DNA of 64,000 nucleotides, from contig OZ024751.1 of NCBI GenBank assembly GCA_964016885.1, positions 27,094,001-27,158,000 of the forward strand, written 5' to 3'. Made by a program: the position numbers and the translations under genes. This DNA comes from Eledone cirrhosa (Eukaryota). The notes under the pieces are model-generated. The model saw only the letters and a program-made list of their open reading frames with translations. It was not told the origin of the DNA and did no database searches. Shown piece after piece: positions 26,721 through 38,560 of the stretch; positions within the stretch are counted from its first letter, which is position 1, and each line of letters opens with the position of its first letter.

Positions 26721-27145
26721 AGCTTTGCAAAAAATAATGTAAGGAAAAAGAAGAATTGGTTAGGAAAGTTTTGAGAAATTATTATTGTAATTGATTTTGT
26801 AATATACACCATTCTGTAACTGGATGTTGTATGATGATTCCTTGGGTGGGTGGGATTGGGGGAGGGAGGGTGGGGTGAGAGAGAGAGAGGGGTATGTGTG
26901 GGTGGTGATGTTGGTAGAATTACCACAAGAGAAGTTGGCACCAATTTCACTTATTGATTAAACTAATGAAGTTGAAGAGTCTGCAGCTCCCTTTCGCCCG
27001 GCTGCCATCTTTCTTCTCTCTTACAATATTTCACTTAATGTCAAACAACAACCCACTTGTTCATTCTCTTATTGTTCTACTTTGTGTGTGTGTATATATC
27101 ATCATCATCATCATCAACGTTTAACGTCCGTGTTCCACGCTTGCA

Positions 27146-27176
<31 letters not shown>

Positions 27177-27177
27177 T

Positions 27178-27214
<37 letters not shown>

Positions 27215-27284
27215 TGTTCTACTTTGTGTGTGTGTATATATATATATATGCATTTGTATATGGCTCTGAACATTAATCAGTATA

Positions 27285-27480
27285 CACAGAGTTGACATTG
27301 CACTCAGTGCTCCTGTGGGAGCCCCTACATGGACACACTGGAAGAGGAAGACCAAGGTTAACGTATGTTGATGCCCTAAGGACAGACACGGGTCTGTTGG
27401 AGACGCAGGACATGGCAGCGATAATGAGAGACAGAGACCGCTGGAGAGAACTCGTCCATGGATCTCGGGAATTTTACCCG
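27285..27480 (+). mobile_element. Non-LTR (RTE-like) ORF C-terminal fragment, third family
   Basis: VLLWEPLHGHTGRGRPRLTYVDALRTDTGL...MRDRDRWRELV, with the RGRP and DR..WR motifs typical of RTE-type C-termini. Confidence 0.75.
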
Positions 27481-27550
27481 CCCTAGAGAGATATGTATTT
27501 GTGTGTGTGTACCCACACACACAACACATACACATATATATATATATATA

Positions 27551-27741
27551 ACGAAGGAAATGTGGTAAGAAACCAGATGGACCATAATGCACCAAAGTAC
27601 TCAATACTTAGGGTAGTAGAGTGGGTAATAGGAATGAGTAGGACCCCGGCGGCTGAGCTCAAGCCGTTTCGACGGCTAATTCTGGACTGAATTAGCCGTC
27701 GAAACGGCTTGAGCTCAGCCGTCGGGAGTCCTACTCGTTCC

Positions 27742-27744
<3 letters not shown>
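27551..27744. mobile_element. Palindromic TA-embedded element, copy 2
   Basis: Same ends as 615-797; arms ~27628-27682 and 27689-27744, loop TGGACT. Confidence 0.75.
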
Positions 27745-27829
<85 letters not shown>

Positions 27830-28107
27830 AAGTAGAACAATAACAAAATTTTTTTTTTTTATTTTTCAAAGCTGTTGTGATCTACCATGGCATTAGATAT
27901 TGAAATTTCAATCATTTCAATCTCCCGCCAGTTCTGTCCCTTTCATACACTAGTGGTCTTTTATCCCCCTGTCATGTCACTAATGCAGCCCCTATAGCCT
28001 TTGTTAGTGGCAACTCACACTGAGAGGACAACAGACACCATCAGCTTATCACATCTTTTATCATTTGCTAATAAAGCAATGCACTATTTTTTGGCAGGCA
28101 TACTTAC

Positions 28108-28210
28108 CCTGCCACTGCAGCTAATGAATTGCTCCCTGCACCTGTTGCTACAGTGTGCATTTACAGAACCCAAATTGGGTCTGGGACTTATTATTAGTGT
28201 TACAGCTCCA
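28108..28210 (-). CDS. Possible small internal exon (unverified)
   Basis: CTAAC branch-like motif, TTTGTAG acceptor and AGG|GTAAGT donor; one open frame (GAVTLIISPRPNLGSVNAHCSNRCREQFISCSGR). No recognised homology. Confidence 0.25.
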
Positions 28211-29825
28211 CTACAAATATACATTTAGTTAGCACTCCGAGTGTTTCGATCTCATCTACCTTCTGGACATCCTTTGTTGAGTGAGTAATAGTGAGCAGCT
28301 AAGACTATGGAAAACCTTTCCCTATTTCCTATCGTCTTCGTATACATATATATATAGAGAGAGAGAGAGAAAGTTCCTGTCTGATGACCCTGTGATAAAA
28401 AGGTGAAATTCCAGCGCAACAACACTCACTATTTAGCCTTATGAATATATATATATATATATATACATGTATACACACACACATACATGTATATACATAC
28501 ATATATAGTGAAAAAAGTGTGGACAGTAGAAAACGTTCTATACAGATCACATTATATAAGGAAAAAGGATCTTTATAAGATGTACAAAAAATTGGTGTTT
28601 AGTGAAGCTTGCTTACTCTTACATTTCAAATACCTTTCTTGAGTTCTTTCGTTAAAAATCCTGCATGCTGTTTTTCAACTGCATGTCGAAAAACATACCA
28701 GTTTTTCCCTCTCAAGTCCACCAATGTTGTCCATAGGAAAGGCAGTGGCTGATACAGCTAGGTACCAGTGATGTCACAACAGCTATGTAAACAGGAGCAA
28801 AATGAAATAAAGTGTCTTGCTCAAGGACACAATGCTTTACTCAGTCCCAGAATCGAACTCACAACCTCCCAATTACAAGCCCAATGCTCTTTATACAGAC
28901 ACACAAATATATATATATGGGGTGGGGAGTATATTCTTACATATATATAGATATATAGACAGATGCAGGCATAGCTGTGTGGTTAAGAAGATCACTTTGC
29001 ATCCATATGTCAATACTGTAACCGCCCTCACTTCTTCCCACTAACTATAAACAACAGCAAGTATAATTCCAGAAATGTTATGTTATTCAGTTTATCTGTA
29101 TTGGTAATAGTCAGTAGATTAAAGCAATATATTGGTATCATATTGGTACTGTAAGTCCAATGGCAAAGACCATATAACCCCTTCCCCCAGACCATTGATA
29201 TAGCTTCTTTCCTTAGACCATAGATATAACCCCTTCCTCCAGACCAAAATATTACACACAGGAAAAAATATACTAAACATTATATGAACAAATATGATGT
29301 GTGAGTGTGTATTGATAATGGTCAGTTTAGTAGCAATATATTGATATTGGTATTAGAGGTCCTGAAGACCACAGTCACAACACCCACCCAACACCGTTAC
29401 AGAAAAAAATACAAAAATATTATACGAGAAGGAGAAATATTTTCTGATATGTCAGGTGGAAGACTTCCTCATTAAAAAACTGTCTTTCTCAGATGAAAGG
29501 TACTACCTGAAATATTAAATATGTCAAATGACACCAGAATATTTCACTTTCTCTTCTACCTCTCTCTGGCAAGTTTCATTAATTTTGTTAATCCATTGAT
29601 TAATTTACAGAGAATGGCCTGAACTTTATTGCAGAAAGAAGGAAGCTGTATTTGATGGAAGAATAGGATAGAATACAATATATACAACACAACACACAAC
29701 AACTATAGATAATAAATATAAACAGCTTAATATCTGCTTCACCTTGTTTCTTTTTCTTCTTTTCTTCTTTTTTTCCATCCAGTTACCCACCCAGCTGGCA
29801 AAACATATATCAAACACTTATCCAT

Positions 29826-30100
29826 CCACCCAACCACACACCCAACCACACACCCAGCCAACCATACACTCAACCAACCACACATCCAACCACACACCCA
29901 CCCAACCATACACAACCAACCAGCCACCCAGCCAACCACACACCCAGCCAACCACACACCCAGCCAACCACACACCCAGCCATACACTCAACCAACCACT
30001 CACCCAACCAACCACATACCCAGCCAACCACACAACCAACCATACAACCAACCACACACCCAACCAACCATCCATTCAACCATTCAACCATCCGACCATT
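29826..30100. repeat. (CCAA)/(CA) compound repeat
   Basis: Direct reading. Confidence 0.88.
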
Positions 30101-30349
30101 TTACCATCAACTGAACCATCCAGCATAAGTTTTATAAATAATCATTTTGTTTTCAAAAATACTGTATTTATTCAAGTATAATACACACTTTTTCTCTTGA
30201 TTTTCAAACCTAAAAGTTAGTTCTAACCCATTATACATAACTAAATGTTACTCTTTTATTTTCTAGTTAAGGACCAGAACAACATGATTGCAAGTAAGTT
30301 ATATCACCTAAGCTAAGTGGTTTTTTTAACAAACTGTTTCAATCCTTAG

Positions 30350-30705
30350 AATAATTGTTTCTACATTTGGCACAAGGCCAGCAATTATCCCAGTGTATTA
30401 CTGGTACTTTAATTTTATCGACCCCGTAAGGATGAAAGGCAAAGTTAACCTCGGCGGGATTTGAACTCAGACCATAAAGGGACGTAACTCTTTGCTGCAA
30501 AGCATGGCGTCCGACCCTCTACCGATACTGCCAATCCACCGCCCTCCTTCAATCCTTATAATAATTGTTTCTACTTTTGGCACAAGGCCAGCAATTATCC
30601 CAGTGTATTACTGGTACTTTATTTTATCGACCCCGTTAGGATGAAAGGCAAAGTTAACCTCGGCGGGATTTGAACTCAGTCTGTAAAGGGACTGAGTTCA
30701 AATCC
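30350..30705 (-). mobile_element. Head-to-tail pair of tRNA-derived SINEs (Meta-domain-like), second copy 5'-truncated
   Basis: The - strand has GGGCGGTGGATTGGCAG..., B-box GAGTTCAAATCCC and central GCCTTTCATCCTTACGGGGTCGATAAAAT..GTACCAG; flanked by a repeated AATCCTTA.A.TAAT target-like sequence. Confidence 0.85.
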
Positions 30706-31039
30706 TTATAATAATGATACATTTTTGTTATGGTAAAGATAATATATAAAATATTCATTATATTTCATAAATATATATTAAAGAGGTAAATTTTATGTTG
30801 TTGTTGCTAATATTTCGAAAGATGATCACCGAGTATGGCAGCTAATATCAGGTATGAAACCAATTAATGTCCAACAAAATACAATTAAATTTCACTCGTG
30901 TTTTGTTGATATGAAGTAATCAGAGTATAAAATTGACATTGCTAGCAATGGAACAGTTTTTGTATTTTTCTCTCGAGACAGGAAATTACACAAAAGTATG
31001 TGTGGGCTTCATACCATAAATGGATGCTGTTTACAGCAT

Positions 31040-31335
31040 TATTGTTACAAGAACAATTAAGACATAGTATGCAAGAGAGAAGATTGTGCTGGTCTGGATA
31101 TGTGATGTGTGGATGATGATAGCTGGGTGAAGAAGTGCAAGAAGATGCCAAGAGAAGGAAACTGCAGTAGAGGATGACCTTGGAAAATCTGGGCAGAGGT
31201 GATTAGAACCAATCTCAAAATGCTGAACCTCACAGAAGAGATGACAAAGGAACACAACAGGTAGAGGTAGGCTATGATGGAGAGGACCTACCCAACCTAT
31301 GAAAGCATGGAAAAGTGGATGTAAAAAAAGATAAT
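31040..31335 (+). mobile_element. RTE LINE 3' fragment
   Basis: QERRL.W.G.V...WVKKC remnant and 3' motif CCAACCTATGAAAGCATGGAAAAGTGGATGTAAA. Confidence 0.8.
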
Positions 31336-31537
31336 AATTGTCAGGTGTTTTCCCACCTTTGTGATGTTCATTACTTCAGACCTACATCAGGTATTCTGTA
31401 TTCCATTCAATCAGTTACTTCAAATATTAACGATGTTGCACTTTTCATCCTGTCTGCCTTATTGGACCTCTGCAGGGATTGGATCTTAGACATGTTTTTA
31501 CACCAGATTTAGATATTGTTTCAGCACATCCAAAACA

Positions 31538-32598
31538 ATGACCAGCTAGCCAGCTTCCATCTTCCTCTCCACACAACACTGCCCTCAATGTGTATGACCA
31601 GCTAGCCAGCTTCCATCTTCCTCTCCACACAACACTGCCCTCAATGTGTATGACCAGCTCGCCAGCTTCCATCTTCCTCTCCACATAACACTGCCCTCAA
31701 TGTGTATGACCAGCTCGCCAGCTTCCATCTTCCTCTCCACATAACACTGCCCTCAATGTGTATGACCAGCTAGCCAGCTTCCATCTTCCTCTCCACACAA
31801 CACTGCCCTCAATGTGTATGACCAGCTAGCCAGCTTCCATCTTCCTCTCCACATAACACTGCCCTCAATGTGTATGACCAGCTAGCCAGCTTCCATCTTC
31901 CTCTCCACATAACACTGCCCTCAATGTGTATGACCAGCTAGCCAGCTTCCATCTTCCTCTTCACATAACACTGCCCTCAATGTGTATGACCAGCTAGCCA
32001 GCTTCCATCATCCTCTCCACATAACACTGCCCTCAATGTGTATGACCAGCTAGCCAGCTTCCATCTTCCTCTCCACATAACACTGCCCTCAATGTGTATG
32101 ACCAGCTAGCCAGCTTCCATCTTCCTCTCCACATAACACTGCCCTCAATGTGTATGACCAGCTAGCCAGCTTCCATCTTCCTCTCCACATAACACTGCCC
32201 TCAATGTGTATGACCAGCTAGCCAGCTTCCATCATCCTCTCCACATAACACTGCCCTCAATGTGTATGACCAGCTAGCCAGCTTCCATCTTCCTCTCCAC
32301 ATAACACTGCCCTCAATGTGTATGACCAGCTAGCCAGCTTCCATCATCCTCTCCACATAACACTTCCCTCAATGTGTATGACCAGCTAGCCAGCTTCCAT
32401 CTTCCTCTCCACATAACACTGCCCTCAATGTGTATGACCAGCTAGCCAGCTTCCATCTTCCTCTCCACACAACACTGCCATCAATGTGTATGACCAGCTA
32501 GCCAGCTTCCATCTTCTTCTCCACACAACACTGCCCTCAATGTGTATGACCAGCTCGCCAGCTTCCATCATCTTCTCCACACAATACAGCCCTCAATG
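31538..32598. repeat. 56-bp minisatellite, ~19 copies
   Basis: Unit ATGACCAGCTAGCCAGCTTCCATCTTCCTCTCCACATAACACTGCCCTCAATGTGT. Confidence 0.97.
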
Positions 32599-32629
32599 TC
32601 TCTACACATATTCTCTATACAACATTCAC

Positions 32630-32858
32630 TTAACCCATTAGCATTTACATTATTCTATATATACTATTCTATTTTCACCGTAAACACTTTACCTCACATA
32701 ATTATCAAACATAATATCAAATTTATGAGAATTTAAAATTATTTATTTTGAGAACATTACCTTAACATCAGTATGAACAACCAATTATGACCGGTTTGAA
32801 CAGAAAGAGGTGAGTGAGTTCTGGCCAGATACAGCCGGTTTAAATGTTAAAGTGTTAA
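32630..32858 (+). mobile_element. TTAA-flanked piggyBac-like MITE
   Basis: TTAA-CCCATTAGCATTTA ... TAAATGTTAAAGTG-TTAA degenerate terminal inverted repeats; homologous to 60364-60578. Confidence 0.78.
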
Positions 32859-32946
32859 GCACTAAATTCAGAAGTGACAGCTGGTTTTAGTGTAATAAAT
32901 ATATGTTCATAAATGAAAACACCTGTAATTACTTTCACTAAGGAAG

Positions 32947-33235
32947 GATTAATAGTGTGTCCCCTGTGGCAACCCCTGTGCCCCACTCTATAAACTCAAC
33001 AATGATTAATAGTGTGTTCCCCTGTGGCAACCCCTGTGCCCCACTCTATAAACTCAACAATGATTAATAGTGTGTTCCCCTGTGACAACCCCTGTGCCCC
33101 ACTCTATAAACTCAACAATGATTAATAGTGTGTTCCCCTGTGACAACCCCTGTGCCCCACTCTATAAACTCAACAATGATTAATAGTGTGTTCCCCTGTG
33201 ACAACCCCTGTGCCCCACTCTATAAACTCAACAAT
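32947..33235. repeat. 58-bp minisatellite x5
   Basis: Unit GATTAATAGTGTGTTCCCCTGTGGCAACCCCTGTGCCCCACTCTATAAACTCAACAAT. Confidence 0.95.
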
Positions 33236-33870
33236 ATAATTGACTAGAAACGTATTCAACAACTCCATTATTATGAAATTCAAATTGATTTTCTTGAAAA
33301 AAACAAAAAACAACTAGTGTTGATTTTTCAGTAAGATTGCTTATAGCCAGTACTGGTAAAATTCAAAGGTTACTTTCAAATTTGTTATACTTTCATTTAT
33401 CACACATGAACTTTTACAATGTAACAGATAAAGTTGGTGCTAGTGCCAATATGATTCAATTCAGTATTTTATTCAGTAATTATAATAAAGCTGACAATAT
33501 ACCCTTCTTTCCATACATGAAATGGCCTGCAGCTTTCATTGAAATGATACTAAGGAAAAGTCAGAACATATTTTACAAGACAGAGATATTTTCTCCAAGA
33601 TTTCATTGCCTATAATTAGCTGTGTGTATTATACATGAGTGTATTTTATACTCAAATAAATACGATATTTTCAAAAACCCCAAAATTACATTTTTTTAAG
33701 ACTATTTTTCTTTTATATGTATGTCAAGTCTTTTTTTTTTGTTTTGTTTTTTTCATGTTTTTTTCTTTTTTTTCCATATCTATCATCTACAGACATCAAC
33801 TAGAAACAGACAGCAACTAGGTACAGACATCAACTAGGTAATGGTAAACAATGGTCTGTAAATAACTCAC

Positions 33871-34090
33871 CTTCGTCGACAACGACTCAGAATATTCACC
33901 ACATTCATCACAGGTCAGTTCTTGGCAGTCCTTACAGACATTTTGGTTAGTTCTGGTGCCATCAGAGTTTAGTTTCAGTTCCTTCACATTGCAGATAGGA
34001 CACATAGTTTTACCTTCATTCTCCAGGTCAGACCAAGATGATTTTCTAACAATGTCAGCCGCATAGCTTGTATAGTCCTCTTCAATTTCT
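33871..34090 (-). CDS. Internal exon encoding a Piccolo/RIM/rabphilin-type (FYVE-like) zinc finger; probable presynaptic active-zone scaffold gene
   Basis: Acceptor TGTTTTTCTGACTATTTCAG|, donor AAG|GTGAGT, 220 bp (1 nt + 73 codons). Peptide EIEEDYTSYAADIVRKSSWSDLENEGKTMCPICNVKELKLNSDGTRTNQNVCKDCQELTCDECGEYSESLSTK has the CxxC-x18-CxxC-x4-CxxCG spacing of the Piccolo Zn finger. The final WxCxxC must be in a later exon. Confidence 0.75.
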
Positions 34091-34166
34091 CTGAAATAGT
34101 CAGAAAAACAATCATGTTTAGTGTATTTAGGGAATAATACTGCATTGTTGAAGAACACATTGTGTG

Positions 34167-34202
<36 letters not shown>

Positions 34203-35288
34203 TACAGTACGACATCACCTTAACACCATTAGAACCCCTATTCATCTGCATCTCTCATGCACGTCTATCTGTCTAGTTCTATTCACTTTTATTTATCTTT
34301 ATCTCTATCTTTACAATTTTGCTTCCACGGGCCTACTCACATAAATTTACTGAATTGTTTCCCTTCTTTCCTCCCTTCCTTCTTTCCACACAGTCTTGAT
34401 TATACCTAACTTCACCTGCCACTACAAATCCTCCCGATTTTCCCTGCCAAAATATGTGCACAAAAGGCAGAATTATCAGCATAGGTTTGTGCGTGCCTGG
34501 GGCTATATGGGTACATCAGTACATGCGTCAATATCTATATGTATTTATGTCCTAATTTGTGTGAGCCTGTGGACGGGATTTCACCCCTAAACCCCATGAT
34601 ATAGATCAGTACACAAGGCAGTCTGAACCGATCTGATGACGTAATCACATGACCACATATATGTAAGACTTTCTTTATCGTTAAAGTTCTCCCATCTATA
34701 ATCTCCCATCAGACTGACACACATGATTTGTGCAGACTGGTGTTTGGTTGATATATGACAGCGTAGATGTCTATGTGTGTGTATTGTTATTCTTCAGGGT
34801 GGGCAAATCAGACCAGCACAGACACTACCCTGTCATTGAATTTAGATCATAATTGTTTCCACATAGCCACCACCCCCTCTACAGATACAGAGACTGACAC
34901 ACTATCACCACTGCCTGTAACTACCAGAGACTGACACACTATCACCTAACTAATACCACCCAATTCGTTTGACCACACTAAACAATTATCTTTATGGCTC
35001 TTAAACAGAAAAAACAGAAAAGCATAATGATGGAATAAAGTTATTTTGATCTGTTGATATGCCACCAGTTCTTTGAAAAAACAACACCATTCTTCGGAAC
35101 TGGGCATATCAAAAGATCGAAATAACAGAAGTAAACTTTGTCCCATCATTGTTTTTCTGTTTTTCATGTTCTGGCTGCCTGATGAGGTCATAGCTGTTGA
35201 ATAATGGTCATCACCGAAATATATATAACAGCAAATATGAATAGATGAAGTTAATTTTAACCTGTTGACTTACACTTCTTGTTTTTAT

Positions 35289-36272
35289 AAATCTAATATA
35301 GAAATAGCTTCTACAGGACCAGAACTGTTTCAGTCGAAGGAAATCATCAGTCTTTCTTGATGATTTCCTAGTACAGTGTGTCTGTGTGTGTGTGTATGTT
35401 TGTATGTGTGTGTGTTTGTATATGTGTGTGTATGTGTATGTGTGTGTGTGTGTGTTTGTATATGTGTTTGTGTCTGTGTGTGTGTATATATGCGTATGCT
35501 TGTGTGCGTTTCTGGGTATTTGTTGTTATTTCCTGTCCAAACCCTCCCTGTTTTTTATGTCGTCTGTCTACAGCCCATTCAGTTTCTACTCTGAAATACA
35601 ATTATCAGTTTCTACTCTGAAATACAATTATCAGTTTCTACTCTGAAATACAATTATCAGTTTCTACTCTGAAATACAATTATCAGTTTCTACTCTGAAA
35701 TACAATTATCAGTTTCTACTCTGAAATACAATTATCAGTTTCTACTCTGAAATACAATTATCAGTTTCTACTCTGAAATACAATTATCAGTTTCTACTCT
35801 GAAATACAATTATCAGTTTCTACTCTGAAATACAATTATCAGTTTCTACTCTGAAATAAAATCATCAGTTTCTACTCTGAAATACAATTATCAGTTTCTA
35901 CTCTGAAATACAATTATCAGTTTCTACTCTGAAATACAATTATCAGTTTCTACTCTGAAACAAAGAATTCAATTAATCTTTTGTGGAAAGTTGATCAGAC
36001 CATTCCAGATATATTGACTACTGAGGCTTTCATGCAACAATGACTTCAGTAAATTACTAATATACACATAGATGATGATGATGATGATGATGATGATGGT
36101 AAAACAAGTCACAGAGCCCTCACAGTTATTCTATGCATTCACCAAACATACAAACATACACACATACACACACACATTTACACACTCTACTAGGAAATCA
36201 TCAGGAAAGCCTGATGATTTCCTTCGAATGAAACAGTTCTAGTCCTGTAGAAGCCATTTCTAAATTAAATTT
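35289..36272. repeat. Pair of ~85-bp inverted repeats, each ending in a hairpin
   Basis: 35289-35373 versus the reverse complement of 36188-36272, about 7 mismatches. Confidence 0.85.
35579..35960. repeat. 26-bp minisatellite, ~14 copies
   Basis: Unit TCAGTTTCTACTCTGAAATACAATTA. Confidence 0.97.
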
Positions 36273-36277
36273 GTTAT

Positions 36278-36317
<40 letters not shown>

Positions 36318-36524
36318 GTACATCAACACTTAACACTATAACACAACCCACACACAGTACTTACACTACACTACACACAACACAACACAACACAACACAA
36401 CACAACACAACCGGTCATCTAGTGCTCTACTCATTCTGCCAATCTACTGCCCAACATGTAACAACAACAACAAACAAACAAAAGAAGAAGGAATTAAAAG
36501 GAAACTCAGTGATTCTCCTATCTG

Positions 36525-37255
36525 TGCATGTGAGTGTGTGTGTATGCGTGTGTGTGAATGTGTGTGTGTATGCGTGTGTGTGAATGTGTGTGTATGCGTG
36601 TGTGTGAATGTGTGTGTGTATGCATGTGTGTGAATGTGTGTGTGTGCGTGTGTGAGAATGTGTGTGTGTGCGTGTGTGAGAATGTGTGTGTGTATGCGTG
36701 AGTGTGAATGTGTGTGTGTATGCGTATGTGTGTGTATGTACACGAGTGTGTGTGTACATGTGTGTAGGCTTATTTGTCTGCATGTGTGTATAATGTATGT
36801 GTAACAATACATGTGTTGAGGTGAAGATGTGTGTATGTGTGTGCATGTGTATGTGTGTGTATATATGTTTACAGTTACTATGTATTAATGTGTTTCTATA
36901 CACTTCATAATGTGTATGTGTGTTTATTTGTGCATGTGTGTGTGTAGTAACATGCATGTGTGTGTGTAGTAACGTGTGTGTGTGTAGTAACATGCATGTG
37001 TGTGTTAAAAATTATGTATGCAGACAGAGAGTGAGTGAGAGTGAGAGTGAGAGAGAGTGAGAGTGTGAGAGTAAGTGAGGGATTGAGTGTGAGAGTGAGT
37101 GAAGGATTGAGTGTGAGAGTGAGTGAGGGATTGAGTGTGAGAGTGAGTGAGAGAGAGTGAATGTGACAGTGAGAGAGAGAGTGAGTGAGAGTGAGAGAGA
37201 GAGTGAGAGAGAGATATATATAGAGGAAGAGGAAGGAAGGAAGGAAGAGAGAGGG
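36525..37255. repeat. (GT)n and (GA)/(GAGT) compound microsatellites
   Basis: Direct reading. Confidence 0.9.
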
Positions 37256-37383
37256 GGTGGGAGGCCATGTTTGATGGTAAAATCCATTAGAGAGAGAATA
37301 TTCTAGATTTTTTTAGGAAACAAATTTATAATACAAAAAAGAAATGAAAATACATGTATAAAAAGACATTCATATATATATAA

Positions 37384-37414
<31 letters not shown>

Positions 37415-37415
<1 letters not shown>

Positions 37416-38076
37416 TGCACATCCAACGGAGCATGCTTACTTCATTTTTCTCCATCCATCGCACATCCTCTGTAGTTGTTGTCCATGCCTCACTACCCTG
37501 CAGCATCACACATCTCACACAGGCATCATATAACCGGCCTTTCGTTCACAGGGAGAAACCCTTCTTTGTCAACAGAGAAAGCAGCTCCCTAAACTTCTTC
37601 CAACCCATCCTTTCTCTAGATACTATAGCCTCGGAACACCCCCCTCCCATGCTAATCTGCTCACCTAGAAGCTATCACCGGAAGCTATCAACCACTTCTA
37701 TAGAATCCACCTGCATTTGAAAGATGTCTATCACTGCGATTACTACTGCCAACTTTCCCTGTACATCTACTGCATACATAGTTTTCCCTACCTGTTAGTT
37801 TCCCTGCTATCCCACTACATCTCTTTTGTACCCAAGATCTGCATTGTGTATATTTTATAGAATTTATCCAGTTCCTTTTCTACATATCGAACATGGCCAT
37901 TTCCCTGATGGAATCAGAGTTTTGTCCTCTTGTCTACTTATCAACACTTTTGTCTTAGCTATGTTCACTCTCAGTCCTCTTGATTCCTACTGCTGTTTCC
38001 ATAGCCAGAATTTATTCTCTAGCTCCTCTACTGATTCTGCTATAAGAACCAGATCGTCAGCATAGAAAAGTTCCCA
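37415..38076 (-). mobile_element. RTE LINE RT/C-terminal fragment
   Basis: Reverse strand reads WELFYADDLVLIAESVEEL...GLRVNIAKTKVL...SGKWPCSICRKG...MLQGSEAW...NEVSMLRWMCN; YADD motif present. Confidence 0.92.
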
Positions 38077-38379
38077 TCATTCATACATACACACATTCAA
38101 AGTATCCTCAGTACTTGGAAGGATTTTATTGTATTGTCTCTGATAAGAGCATGGTATAGCATTAAGACTTATTAACAATAGATGTTGTATAGTCCTGTTA
38201 GAGCATTCTGGTAAGACTTGTCTGTTGAATAGCATACCTGCACACATACACAGGTTCACTCATACACACACACATAGGCCTGATATATAGAAATGAGGAA
38301 TTGCTGATTGGTGGTGTTGTTGGTGGAGGTAGTGGCGCTGGCGGTGGTGATGGTGGTAGTCATATATGAATGTCGTATA

Positions 38380-38560
38380 TTGGCCCAGACCAGATGTGAA
38401 ATGTGGCCTCACTAGAGCTGGTAATAAGCCCAAGCCAGATGTGAAATATAAGCCCACAAAGCTGGTATTAGTCCCAGGCCAGATGTAAAATGTAGGCTCC
38501 ACTTCAAACTGTTTATTTTAGTAATTAGTGCTCAACAAATATGATTTATGTGTGGTTGAC
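38380..38560 (+). mobile_element. CCAGATGT sub-repeat element
   Basis: Homologous to 13530-13735 and 43960-44420. Confidence 0.55.

Noticed and set aside
26968-27010. GC-rich ATG-initiated - strand mini-ORF (MAAGRKGAADSSTSLV)
   Set aside because: Only 16 codons, with no splice donor before the stop and no recognisable homology.
33817-34251. The full 144-aa ORF as a single-exon gene
   Set aside because: The N-terminal part runs through a (TA)n tract; splice signals delimit only 33871-34090 as coding.
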